DNA from: the human T2T-CHM13v2.0 reference genome, Homo sapiens
Length of the DNA: 64,000 nt
Reading direction: 5' to 3' (one strand)
Assembly: GCF_009914755.1 (NCBI RefSeq)
Contig: NC_060925.1
Shown here: in pieces, positions 1-13,700 of the stretch
Layout of the letters: each line of letters begins with the position of its first letter
Numbering within the stretch: position 1 is the stretch's first letter
The notes under the pieces: generated by a model
Told to the model about the DNA's origin: nothing
The model's input: the letters and a program-made list of their open reading frames with translations, nothing else
The model's database searches: none
Program-made: the position numbers and the translations under genes

Positions 1-65
1 GAGTTGAATACACACAACACAAGGAAGTTACTGAGAATTCTTCTGTCTAGCAGAATATGAAGAAA

Positions 66-82
66 TCCCGTTTCCAACGAAG
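66..82 (-). promoter_or_regulatory. CENP-B box (first of ~189 box positions spaced ~336-341 bp apart)
   Basis: The + strand tcccgtttccaacgaag reads CTTCGTTGGAAACGGGA on the - strand, matching the 17-bp CENP-B box with core NTTCGNNNNANNCGGGN. It recurs once per dimer to ~63895. About 22 copies have core mutations by eye. Confidence 0.97.
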
Positions 83-235
83 GCCACAAGATGTCAGAAT
101 ATCCACTTACAGACTTTACAAACAGTGTGTTTCCTAACTGCTCTATGAACGGAAAGGTTAAACTCTGTGAGTTGAACGAACACATCACAACGCAGTTTGT
201 GGGAATGATTCTGTCTAATTTTGAAACGAAGATAT

Positions 236-252
236 TTCCTTTTCTGCCATTG
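236..252 (+). promoter_or_regulatory. A-box / pJalpha-like motif of the A-type monomer (recurs once per dimer)
   Basis: ttccttttctgccattg (ttccttttctaccattg in generic dimers) sits 170 bp from the CENP-B box at the homologous monomer position. It resembles the pJalpha consensus TTCCTTTTYCACCRTAG imperfectly. Binding is not shown. Confidence 0.55.
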
Positions 253-404
253 ACCTTAAAGCGCTTGAAATCTACACTTGCAAATTGCACAAATAGAGTG
301 TTTCAAATCTGCTCTGTCTAAGGGAACGTTCAACTCTGTGAGTTGAATGCACACAACACAAGGAAGTTACTGGGAATTCTTCTGTCTAGCCTTACATGAA
401 AAAA

Positions 405-421
405 ACCCGTTTCCAACGAAG
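405..421 (-). promoter_or_regulatory. CENP-B box variant of the second dimer of each HOR (CTTCGTTGGAAACGGGT, next to an A7 tract)
   Basis: acccgtttccaacgaag; all 9 core positions are intact. It recurs 339-340 bp after each HOR anchor box. Confidence 0.9.
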
Positions 422-3400
422 GCCTCTAAGTGGTCAAAATATCCACGTGCAGACTTTACAAACAGAGTGTTTCCAAACCGCTGAATGAAAAGAAAAGTTA
501 AACTCTGAGAGTTGAACGCACACATCACGCAGCAGTTTCTGAGAATGATTCTGTCTAGTTTTTATACGAAGATATTTCCTTTTCTGCCTTTGGCACCAAA
601 GCGCTTGAAATCTCCATTTGCAAATTCCACAAAAACAGTGTTTCAAATCTGCTCTCTCTAAATGAAAGTTCAACTCTGTCAGTTGAATACACACAACAGA
701 AGGAAGTTACTGAGAATTCTTCTGTCTAGCATAATATGAAGAAATCCCGTTTCCAACGAAGGCCTCAAAGGGGTCTGAATATCCACTTGCAGACTTTATA
801 AACAGAGTGTTTACTAACTGCTCTATGAAAAGAAAGGTTAACCTCTGTGAGTTGAACACACACATCACAAAGGAGTTTCTGAGAATCATTCTGTCTAGTT
901 TTTCTACGAAGATATTTCCTTTTCTACTATTGACCTCAAAGCGGCTGAAATCTCCACTTGCAAATTCCACAAAAAGAGTGTTTCAAGTCTGCTCTGTGTA
1001 AAGGATCGTTCAACTCTGCGAGTTCAATACACACAACACAAGGAAGTTACTGAGAATTCTTCTGTCTAGCAGAATAAGAAGAAATCCCGTTTCCAACGAA
1101 GGCCTCAAAGAGGTCTGAATATTCACTTGCAGACTTTACAAACAGAGTGTTTCCTAACTGCTCTATGAAAAGAAAGGTTAAACTCTGTGAGTTGAACGCA
1201 CACATCACAAAGGAGTTTCTGAGAATCATTCTGTCTAGTTTCTATAGGAAGATATTTCCTATTCTATCATTGACCTCAAAGCGGCTGAAATCTCCACTTG
1301 CAAATTCCACAAAAAGAGTGTTTCAAGACTGCTCTCTGTAAAGGATCGTTCAACTCTGTGAGTTGAATACACACAACACAAGGAAGTTACTGAGAATTAT
1401 TCTGTCTAGCATAATATGAAGAAATCCAGTTTCCAACGAAGGCCTCAAAGAGGTCTGAATATCCACTTGCAGACTTTACAAACAGAGTGTTTCCTAACTG
1501 CTCTATGAAAAGAAAAGTTAAACTCTGTGTGTTGAACGCACACATCACAAAGGAGTTTCTGAGAATCATTCTGTCTAGTCTTTATAGGAAGATATTTCCT
1601 TTTCTACCATTGACCTCAAAGCGGCTGAAATCTCCACTTGCAAATTCCACAAAAAGAGTGTTTCAAGTCTGCTCTCTGTAAAGGATCGTTCAACTCTGTG
1701 AGTTGAATACACACAACACAAGGAAGTTACTGAGAATTCTTCTGTCTAGCATAATATGAAGAATCCCGTTTCCAACGAAGGCCTCAAAGAGCTCTGAATA
1801 TCCACTTGCAGACTTTACAAACAGAGTGTTTCCTAACTGCTCTATGAAAAGAAAAGTTAAACTCTCTGAGTTGAACGCACACATCACAAAGGAGTTTCTG
1901 AGAATCATTCTGTCTAGTCTTTATACGAAGATATTTCCTTTTCTACCATTGACCTCAAAGCGGCTGAAATCTCCACTTGCAAATTCCACAAAAAGAGTGT
2001 TTCAAGTCTGCTCTGTGTAAAGGATCGTTCAACTCTGTGAGTTGAATACACACAACACAAGGAAGTTACTGAGAATTCTTCTGTCTAGCAGAATATGAAG
2101 AAATCCCGTTTCCAACGAAGACCTCAAGGAAGTCTGAATATCCACTTGCAGACTTTAGAGAGTGTTTCCTAACTGCTCTATAAAAAGAAAGGTTAAACTC
2201 TGTGAGTTGAACGCACACATCACAAAGGAGTTTCTGAGAATCATTCTGTCTAGTCTTTATACGAAGATATTTCCTTTTCTACCATTGACCTCAAAGCGGC
2301 TGAAATCTCCACTTGCAAATTCCACAAAAAGAGTGTTTCAAGTCTGCTCTGTGTAAAGGATCGTTCAACTCTGTGAGTTGAATACACACAACACAAGGAA
2401 GTTACTGAGAATTCTTCTGTCTAGCAGAATATGAAGAAATCCCGTTTCCAACGAAGGCCACAAGATGTCAGAATATCCACTTACAGACTTTACAAACAGT
2501 GTGTTTCCTAACTGCTCTATGAACGGAAAGGTTAAACTCTGTGAGTTGAAGGAACACATCACAACGCAGTTTGTGGGAATGATTCTGTCTAGTTTTGAAA
2601 CGAAGATATTTCCTTTTCTGCCATTGACCTTAAAGCGCTTGAAATCTACACTTGCAAATTGCACAAATAGAGTGTTTCAAATCTGCTCTGTCTAAGGGAA
2701 CGTTCAACTCTGTGAGTTGAATGCACACAACACAAGGAAGTTACTGGGAATTCTTCTGTCTAGCCTTACATGAAAAAAACCCGTTTCCAACGAAGGCCTC
2801 TAAGTGGTCAAAATATCCACGTGCAGACTTTACAAACAGAGTGTTTCCAAACCGCTGAATGAAAAGAAAAGTTAAACTCTGAGAGTTGAACGCACACATC
2901 ACGCAGCAGTTTCTGAGAATGATTCTGTCTAGTTTTTATACGAAGATATTTCCTTTTCTGCCTTTGGCCCCAAAGCGCTTGAAATCTCCATTTGCAAATT
3001 CCACAAAAACAGTGTTTCAAATCTGCTCTCTCTAAATGAAAGTTCAACTCTGTCAGTTGAATACACACAACACAAGGAAGTTACTGAGAATTCTTCTGTC
3101 TAGCATAATATGAAGAAATCCCGTTTCCAACGAAGGCCTCAAAGGGGTCTGAATATCCACTTGCAGACGTTATAAACAGAGTGTTTACTAACTGCTCTAT
3201 GAAAAGAAAGGTTAAACTCTGTGAGTTGAACACACACATCACAAAGGAGTTTCTGAGAATCATTCTGTCTAGTTTTTCTACGAAGATATTTCCTTTTCTA
3301 CTATTGACCTCAAAGCGGCTGAAATCTCCACTTGCAAATTCCACAAAAAGAGTGTTTCAAGTCTGCTCTGTGTAAAGGATCGTTCAACTCTGCGAGTTCA

Positions 3401-4839
3401 ATACACACAACACAAGGAAGTTACTGAGAATTCTTCTGTCTATCAGAATATGAAGAAATCCCGTTTCCAACGAAAGCCTCAAAGAGGTCTGAATATCCAC
3501 TTGCAGACTTTACAAACAGAGTGTTTCCTAACTGCTCTATGAAAAGAAAGGTTAAACTCTGTGAGTTGAACGCACACATCACAAAGGAGTTTCTGAGAAT
3601 CATTCTGTCTAGTTTCTATGGGAAGATATTTCCTATTCTATCATTGACCTCAAAGCGGCTGAAATCTCCACTTGCAAATTCCACAAAAAGAGTGTTTCAA
3701 GTCTGCACTCTGTAAAGGATCGTTCAACTCTGTGAGTTGAATACACACAACACAAGGAAGTTACTGAGAATTATTCTGTCTAGCATAATATGAAGAAATC
3801 CCGTTTCCAACGAAGGCCTCAAAGAGGTCTGAATATCCACTTGCAGACTTTACAAACAGAGTGTTTCCTAACTGCTCTATGAAAAGAAAAGTTAAACTCT
3901 GTGTGTTGAACGCACACATCAGAAAGGAGTTTCTGAGAATCATTCTGTCTAGTCTTTATACGAAGATATTTCCTTTTCTACCATTGACCTCAAAGCGGCT
4001 GAAATCTCCACTTGCAAATTCCACAAAAAGAGTGTTTCAAGTCTGCTCTCTGTAAAGGATCGTTCAACTCTGTGAGTTGAATACACACAACACAAGGAAG
4101 TTACTGAGAATTCTTCTGTCTAGCAGAATATGAAGAAATCCCGTTTCCAACGAAGGCGTCAAAGAGGTCTGAATATCCACTTGCAGACTTTACAAACAGA
4201 GTGTTTCCTAACTGCTCTATGAAAAGAAAAGTTAAACTCTGTGAGTTGAATGCACACATCACAAAGGAGTTTCTGAGAATCATTCTGTCTAGTCTTTATA
4301 CGAAGATATTTCCTTTTCTACCCTTGACCTCAAAGCGGCTGAAATCTCCACTTGCAAATTCCACAAAAAGAGTGTTTCAAGTCTGCTCTCTGTAAAGAAT
4401 CGTTCAACTCTGTGAGTTGAATACACACAACACAAGGAAGTTACTGAGAATTATTCTGTCTAGCAGAATATGAAGAAATCCCGTTTCCATCGAAGACCTC
4501 AAGGAGGTCTGAATATCCACTTGCAGACTTTAGAGAGTGTTTCCTAACTGCTCTATGAAAAGAAAGGTTAAACTCTGTGAGTTGAACGCACACATCACAA
4601 AGGAGTTTCTGAGAATCATTCTGTCTAGTCTTTATACGAAGATATTTCCTTTTCTACCATTGACCTCAAAGCGGCTGAAATCTCCACTTGCAAATTCCAC
4701 AAAAAGAGTGTTTCAAGTCTGCTCTGTGTAAAGGATCGTTCAACTCTGTGAGTTGAATACACACAACACAAGGAAGTTACTGAGAATTCTTCTGTCTAGC
4801 AGAATATGAAGAAATCCCGTTTCCAACGAAGGCCACAAG

Positions 4840-5858
4840 ATGTCAGAATATCCACTTACAGACTTTACAAACAGTGTGTTTCCTAACTGCTCTATGAACG
4901 GAAAGGTTAAACTCTGTGAGTTGAACGAACACATCACAACGCAGTTTGTGGGAATGATTCTGTCTAGTTTTGAAACGAAGATATTTCCTTTTCTGCCATT
5001 GACCTTAAAGCGCTTGAAATCTACACTTGCAAATTGCACAAATAGAGTGTTTCAAATCTGCTCTGTCTAAGGGAAAGTTCAACTCTGTGAGTTGAATGCA
5101 CACAACACAAGGAAGTTACTGGGAATTCTTCTGTCTAGCCTTACATGAAAAAAACCCGTTTCCAACGAAGGCCTCTAAGTGGTCAAAATATCCACGTGCA
5201 GACTTTACAAACAGAGTGTTTCCAAACCGCTGAATGAAAAGAAAAGTTAAACTCTGAGAGTTGAACGCACACATCACGCAGCAGTTTCTGAGAATGATTC
5301 TGTCTAGTTTTTATACGAAGATATTTCCTTTTCTGCCTTTGGCCCCAAAGCGCTTGAAATCTCCACTTGCAAATTCCACAAAAACAGTGTTTCAAATCTG
5401 CTCTCTCTAAATGAAAGTTCAACTCTGTCAGTTGAATACACACAACACAAGGAAGTTACTGAGAATTCTTCTGTCTAGCATAATATGAAGAAATCCCGTT
5501 TCCAACGAAGGCCTCAAAGGGGTCTGAATATCCACTTGCAGACTATATAAACAGAGTGTTTACTAACTGCTCTATGAAAAGAAAAGTTAAACTCTGTGTG
5601 TTGAACGCACACATCACAAAGGAGTTTCTGAGAATCATTCTGTCTAGTCTTTATACGAAGATATTTCCTTTTCTACCATTGACCTCAAAGCGGCTGAAAT
5701 CTCCACTTGCAAATTCCACAAAAAGAGTGTTTCAAGTCTGCTCTGTGTAAAGGATCGTTCAACTCTGTGAGTTGAATACACACAACACAAGGAAGTTACT
5801 GAGAATTCTTCTGTCTAGCAGAATATGAAGAAATCCCGTTTCCAACGAAGGCCACAAG
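4840..5858 (-). repeat. Minimal 6-mer HOR copy, 1019 bp (others at 39454-40472 and 43188-44206)
   Basis: Distance between successive anchor motifs ggccacaagatgtcagaatatcc is 1019 bp, made of three distinct dimers. Confidence 0.9.
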
Positions 5859-7744
5859 ATGTCAGAATATCCTCTTACAGACTTTACAAACAGAGTGTTT
5901 CCTAACTGCTCTATGAACGGAAAGGTTAAACTCTGTGAGTTGAACGAACACATCACAACGCAGTTTGTGGGAATGATTCTGTCTAGTTTTGAAACGAAGA
6001 TATTTCCTTTTCTGCCATTGACCTTAAAGCGCTTGAAATCTACACTTGCAAATTGCACAAATAGAGTGTTTCAAATCTGCTCTGTCTAAGGGAACGTTCA
6101 ACTCTGTGAGTTGAATGCACACAACACAAGGAAGTTACTGGGAATTCTTCTGTCTAGCCTTACATGCAAAAAACCCGTTTCCAACGAAGGCCTCTAAGTG
6201 GTCAAAATATCCACGTGCAGACTTTACAAACAGAGTGTTTCCAAACCGCTGAATGAAAAGAAAAGTTAAACTCTGAGAGTTGAACGCACACATCACGCAG
6301 CAGTTTCTGAGAATGATTCTGTCTAGTTTTTATACGAAGATATTTCCTTTTCTGCCTTTGGCCCCAAAGCGCTTGAAATCTCCACATGCAAATTCCACAA
6401 AAACAGTGTTTCAAATCTGCTCTCTCTAAATGAAAGTTCAACTCTGTCAGTTGAATACACACAACACAAGGAAGTTACTGAGAATTCTTCTGTCTAGCAT
6501 AATATGAAGAAATCCCGTTTCCAACGAAGGCCTCAAAGGGGTCTGAATATCCACTTGCAGACTTTATAAACAGAGTGTTTACTAACTTCTCTATGAAAAG
6601 AAAAGTTAAACTCTGTGTGTTGAACGCACACATCACAAAGGAGTTTCTGAGAATCATTCTGTCTAGTCTTTATACGAAGATATTTCCTTTTCTACCATTG
6701 ACCTCAAAGCGGCTGAAATCTCCACTTGCAAATTCCACAAAAAGAGTGCTTCAAGTCTGCTCTGTGTAAAGGATCGTTCAACTCTGTGAGTTGAATACAC
6801 ACAACACAAGGAAGTTACTGAGAATTATTCTGTCTAGCATAATATGAAGAAATCCCGTTTCCAACGAAGGCCTCAAAGAGGTCTGAATATCCACGTGCAG
6901 ACTTTACAAACAGAGTGTTTCCTAACTGCTCTATGAAAAGAAAAGTTAAACTCTGTGAGTTGAACGCACACATCACAAAGGAGTTTCTGAGAATCATTCT
7001 GTCTAGTCTTTATACGAAGACATTTCCTTTTCTACCATAGACCTCAAAGCGGCTGAAATCTCCACTTGCAAATTCCACAAAAAGAGTGTTTCAAGTCTGC
7101 TCTCTGTAAAGGATCGTTCAACTCTGTGAGTTGAATACACACAACACAAGGAAGTTACTGAGAATTCTTCTGTCTAGCAGAATATGAAGAAATCCCGTTT
7201 CCAACGAAGGCCACAAGATGTCAGAATATCCACTTACAGACTTTACAAACAGAGTGTTTCCTAACTGCTCTATGAACAGAAAGGTTAAACTCTGTGAGTT
7301 GAACGAACACATCACAACGCAGTTTGTGGGAATGATTCTGTCTAGTTTTGAAACGAAGATATTTCCTTTTCTGCCATTGACCTTAAAGCGCTTGAAATCT
7401 ACACTTGCAAATTGCACAAATAGAGTGTTTCAAATCTGCTCTGTCTAAGGGAACGTTCAACTCTGTGAGTTGAATGCACACAACACAAGGAAGTTACTGG
7501 GAATTCTTCTGTCTAGCCCTACATGAAAAAAACCCGTTTCCAACGAAGGCCTCTAAGTGGTCAAAATATCCACGTGCAGACTTTACAAACAGAGTGTTTC
7601 CAAACCGCTGAATGAAAAGAAAAGTTAAACTCTGAGAGTTGAACGCACACATCACGCAGCAGTTTCTGAGAATGATTCTGTCTAGTTTTTATACGAAGAT
7701 ATTTCCTTTTCTGCCTTTGGCCCCAAAGCGCTTGAAATCTCCAT

Positions 7745-10700
7745 TTGCAAATTCCACAAAAACAGTGTTTCAAATCTGCTCTCTCTAAATGAAAGTTCAA
7801 CTCTGTCAGTTGAATACACACAACACAAGGAAGTTACTGAGAATTCTTCTGTCTAGCATAATATGAAGAAATCCCGTTTCCAACGAAGGCCTCAAAGGGG
7901 TCTGAATATCCACTTGCAGACTTTATAAACAGAGTGTTTACTAACTGCTCTATGAAAAGAAAGGTTAAACTCTGTGAGTTGAACACACACATCACAAAGG
8001 AGTTTCTGAGAATCATTCTGTCTAGTTTTTCTACGAAGATATTTCCTTTTCTACTATTGACCTCAAAGCGGCTGAAATCTCCACTTGCAAATTCCACAAA
8101 AAGAGTGTTTCAAGTCTGCTCTCTGTAAAGGATCGTTCAACTCTGTGAGTTGAATACACACAACACAAGGAAGTTACTGAGAATTCTTCTGTCTAGCAGA
8201 ATATGAAGAAATCCCGTTTCCAACGAAGGCGTCAAAGAGGTCTGAATATCCACTTGCAGACTTTACAAACAGAGTGTTTCCTAACTGCTCTATGAAAAGA
8301 AAAGTTAAACTCTGTGAGTTGAACGCACACATCACAAAGGAGTTTCTGAGAATCATTCTGTCTAGTCTTTATACGAAGATATTTCCTTTTCTACCATTGA
8401 CCTCAAAGCGGCTGAAATCTCCAATTGCAAATTCCACAAAAAGAGTGTTTCAAGTCTGCTCTCTGTAAAGGATCGTTCAACTCTGTGAGTTGAATACACA
8501 CAACACAAGGAAGTTACTGAGAATTATTCTGTCTAGCATAATATGAAGAAATCCCGTTTCCAACGAAGGCCTCAAAGAGGTCTGAATATCCACTTGCAGA
8601 CTTTACAAACAGAGTGTTTCCTAACTGCTCTATGAAAAGAAAAGTTAAACTCTGTGAGTTGAACGCACACATCACAAAGGAGTTTCTGAGAATCATTCTG
8701 TCTAGTCTTTATGCGAAGATATTTCCTTTTCTACCATTGACCTCAAAGCGGCTGAAATCTCCACTTGCAAATTCCACAAAAAGAGTGTTTCAAGTCTGCT
8801 CTGTGTAAAGGATCGTTCAACTCTGTGAGTTGAATACACACAACACAAGGAAGTTACTGAGAATTCTTCTGTCTAGCAGAATATGAAGAAATCCCGTTTC
8901 CAACGAAGACCTCAAGGAGGTCTGAATATCCACTTGCAGACTTTAGAGAGTGTTTCCTAACTGCTCTATGAACAGAAAGGTTAAACTCTGTGAGTTTAAC
9001 GCACACATCACAAAGGAGTTTCTGAGAATCATTCTGTCTAGTCTTTATACGAAGATATTTCCTTTTCTACCATTGACCTCAAAGCGGCTGAAATCTCCAC
9101 TTGCAAATTCCACAAAAAGAGTGTTTCAAGTCTGCTCTGTGTAAAGGATCGTTCAACTCTGTGAGTTGAATACACACAACACAAGGAAGTTACTGAGAAT
9201 TCTTCTGTCTAGCAGAATATGAAGAAATCCCGTTTCCAACGAAGGCCACAAGATGTCAGAATATCCACTTACAGACTTTACAAACAGTGTGTTTCCTAAC
9301 TGCTCTATGAACGGAAAGGTTAAACTCTGTGAGTTGAACGAACACATCACAACGCAGTTTGTGGGAATGATTCTGTCTAGTTTTGAAACGAAGATATTTC
9401 CTTTTCTGCCATTGACCTTAAAGCGCTTGAAATCTACACTTGCAAATTGCACAAATAGAGTGTTTCAAATCTGCTCTGTCTAAGGGAACGTTCAACTCTG
9501 TGAGTTGAATGCACACAACACAAGGAAGTTACTGGGAATTCTTCTGTCTAGCCTTACATGAAAAAAACCCGTTTCCAACGAAGGCCTCTAAGTGGTCAAA
9601 ATATCCACGTGCAGACTTTACAAACAGAGTGTTTCCAAACCGCTGAATGAAAAGAAAAGTTAAACTCTGAGAGTTGAACGCACACATCACGCAGCAGTTT
9701 CTGAGAATGATTCTGTCTAGTTTTTATACGAAGATATTTCCTTTTCTGCCTTTGGCCCCAAAGCGCTTGAAATCTCCACTTGCAAATTCCACAAAAACAG
9801 TGTTTCAAATCTGCTCTCTCTAAATGAAAGTTCAACTCTGTCAGTTGAATACACACAACACAAGGAAGTTACTGAGAATTCTTCTGTCTAGCATAATATG
9901 AAGAAATCCCGTTTCCAACGAAGGCCTCAAAGGGGTCTGAATATCCACTTGCAGACTTTATAAACAGAGTGTTTACTAACTGCTCTATGAAAAGAAAAGT
10001 TAAACTCTGTGTGTTGAACGCACACATCACAAAGGAGTTTCTGAGAATCATTCTGTCTAGTCTTTATACGAAGATATTTCCTTTTCTACCATTGACCTCA
10101 AAGCGGCTGAAATCTCCACTTGCAAATTCCACAAAAAGAGTGTTTCAAGTCTGCTCTGTGTAAAGGATCGTTCAACTCTGTGAGTTGAATACACACAACA
10201 CAAGGAAGTTACTGAGAATTCTTCTGTCTAGCAGAATATGAAGAAATCCCGTTTCCAACGAAGGCCTCAAAGAGGTCTGAATATCCACGTGCAGACTTTA
10301 CAAACAGAGTGTTTCCTAACTGCTCTATGAAAAGAAAAGTTAAACTCTGTGAGTTGAACGCACACATCACAAAGGAGTTTCTGAGAATCATTCTGTCTAG
10401 TCTTTATACGAAGACATTTCCTTTTCTACCATAGACCTCAAAGCGGCTGAAATCTCCACTTGCAAATTCCACAAAAAGAGTGTTTCAAGTCTGCTCTCTG
10501 TAAAGGATCGTTCAACTCTGTGAGTTGAATACACACAACACAAGGAAGTTACTGAGAATTCTTCTGTCTAGCAGAATATGAAGAAATCCCGTTTCCAACG
10601 AAGGCCACAAGATGTCAGAATATCCACTTACAGACTTTACAAACAGAGTGTTTCCTAACTGCTCTATGAACAGAAAGGTTAAACTCTGTGAGTTGAACGA

Positions 10701-13700
10701 ACACATCACAACGCAGTTTGTGGGAATGATTCTGTCTAGTTTTCAAACGAAGATATTTCCTTTTCTGCCATTGACCTTAAAGCGCTTGAAATCTACACTT
10801 GCAAATTGCACAAATAGAGTGTTTCAAATCTGCTCTGTCTAAGGGAACGTTCAACTCTGTGAGTTGAATACACACAACACAAGGAAGTTACTGGGAATTC
10901 TTCTGTCTAGCCTTACATTAAAAAAAACCCGTTTCCAACGAAGACCTCTAAGTGGTCAAAATATCCACGTGCAGACTTTACAAACAGAGTGTTTCCAAAC
11001 CGCTGAATGAAAAGAAAAGTTAAACTCTGAGAGTTGAACGCACACATCACGCAGCAGTTTCTGAGAATGATTCTGTCTAGTTTTTATACGAAGATATTTC
11101 GTTTTCTGCCTTTGGCCCCAAAGCGCTTGAAATCTCCACTTGCAAATTCCACAAAAACAGTGTTTCAAATCTGCTCTCTCTAAATGAAAGTTCAACTCTG
11201 TCAGTTGAATACACACAACACAAGGAAGTTACTGAGAATTCTTCTGTCTAGCATAATATGAAGAAATCCCGTTTCCAACGAAGGCCTCAAAGGGGTCTGA
11301 ATATCCACTTGCAGACTTTATAAACAGAGTGTTTACTAACTGCTCTATGAAAAGAAAGGTTAAACTCTGTGAGTTGAACACACACATCACAAAGGAGTTT
11401 CTGAGAATCATTCTGTCTAGTTTTTCTACGAAGATATTTCCTTTTCTACAATTGACCTCAAAGCGGGTGAAATCTCCACTTGCAAATTCCACAAAAAGAG
11501 TGTTTCAAGTATGCTCTGTGTAAAGGATCGTTCAACTCTGTGAGTTGAATACACACAACACAGGGAAGTTACTGAGAATTCTTCTGTCTAGCAGAATATG
11601 AAGAAATCCCGTTTCCAACGAAGGCCTCAAAGAGGTCTGAATATCCAATTGCAGACTTTACAAACAGAGTGTTTCCTAACTGCTCTATGAAAAGAAAGGT
11701 TAAACTCTGTGAGTTGAACGCACACATCACAAAGGAGTTTATGAGAATCATTCTGTCTAGTTTCTATTGGAAGACATTTCCTATTCTACCATTGACCTCA
11801 AAGCGGCTGAAATCTCCACTTGCAAATTCCACAAAAAGAGTGTTTCAAGTCTGCTCTCTGTAAAGGATCCTTCAACTCTGTGAGTTGAATACACACAACA
11901 CAAGGAAGTTACTGAGAATTATTCTGTCTAGCATAATATGAAGAAATCTTGTTTCCAACGAAGGCCTCAAAGAGGTCTGAATATCCACTTGCAGACTTTA
12001 CAAACAGAGTGTTTCCTAACTGCTCTATGAAAAGAAAGGTTAAACTCTGTGTGTTGAACGCACACATCACAAAGGAGTTTCTGAGAATCATTCTGTCTAG
12101 TTTTTCTACGAAGATATTTCCTTTTCTACTATTGACCTCAAAGCGGCTGAAATCTCCACTTGCAAATTCCACAAAAAGAGTGTTTCAAGTCTGCTCTGTG
12201 TAAAGGATCGTTCAACTCTGTGAGTTGAATACACACAACACAAGGAAGTTACTGAGAATTCTTCTGTCTAGCAGAATATGAAGAAATCCCGTTTCCAACG
12301 AAGGCCTCAAAGAGGTCTGAATATCCACTTGCAGACTTTACAAACAGAGTGTTTCCTAACCGCTCTATGAAAAGAAAAGTTAAACTCTGTGTGTTGAACG
12401 CACACATCACAAAGGAGTTTCTGAGAATCATTCTGTCTAGTCTTTATACGAAGATATATCCTTTTCTAACATTGACCTCAAAGCGGCTGAAATCTCCAAT
12501 TGCGAATTCCACAAAAAGAGTGTTTCAAGTCTGCTCTCTGTAAAGGATCGTTCAACTCTGTGAGTTGAATACACACAACACAAGGAAGTTACTGAGAAGT
12601 ATTCTGTCTAGCATAATATGAAGAAATCCCGTTTCCAACGAAGGCCTCAAAGAGGTCTGAATATCCACTTGCAGACTTTACAGAGTGTTTCCTAACTGCT
12701 CTATGAAAAGACAAGTTAAACTCTGTGAGTTGAACGCACACATCACAAAGGAGTTTCTGAGAATCATTCTGTCTAGTCTTTATACGAAGATATTTCCTTT
12801 TCTACCATTGACCTCAAAGCGGCTGAAATCTCCACTTGCAAATTCCACAAAAAGAGTGTTTCAAGTCTGCTCTGTGTAAAGAATCGTTCAACTCTGTAAG
12901 TTGAATACACACAACACAAGGAAGTTACTGAGAATTCTTCTGTCTAGCAGAATATGAAGAAATCCCGTTTCCAACGAAGGCCTCAAGGAGGTCTGAATAT
13001 CCACTTGCAGACTTTACAAACAGAGTGTTTCCTAACTGCTCTATGAAAAGATAGGTTAAACTCTGTGAGTTGAACGCACACATCACAAAGGAGTTTCTGA
13101 GAATCATTCTGTCTAGTCTTTATACGAAGATATTTCCTTTTCTACCATTGACCTCAAAGCGGCTGAAATCTCCACTTGCAAATTCCACAAAAAGAGTGTT
13201 TCAAGTCTGCTCTGTGTAAAGGATCGTTCAACTCTGTGAGTTGAATACACACAACACAAGGAAGTTACTGAGAATTCTTCTGTCTAGCAGAATATGAAGA
13301 AATCCCGTTTCCAACGAAGGCCACAAGAGGTCAGAATATCCACTTACAGACTTTACAAACAGAGTGTTTCCTAACTGCTCTATGAACAGAAAGGTTAAAC
13401 TCTATGAGTTGAACGAACACATCACAACGCAGTTTGTGGGAATGATTCTGTCTAGTTTTGAAACGAAGATATTTCCTTTTCTGCCATTGACCTTAAAGCG
13501 CTTGAAATCTACACTTGCAAATTGCACAAATAGAGTGTTTCAAATCTGCTCTGTCTAAGGGAACGTTCAACTCTGTGAGTTGAATGCACACAACACAAGG
13601 AAGTTACTGGGAATTCTTCTGTCTAGCCTTACATGAAAAAAACTCGTTTCCAACGAAGGCCTCTAAGTGGTCAAAATATCCACGTGCAGACTTTACAAAC

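Noticed and set aside
91-4839. Two adjacent 14-mers (2374 and 2375 bp) as a recent tandem duplication
   Set aside because: They have similar lengths but different private variants dimer by dimer, so they are separate lineages rather than a fresh copy.
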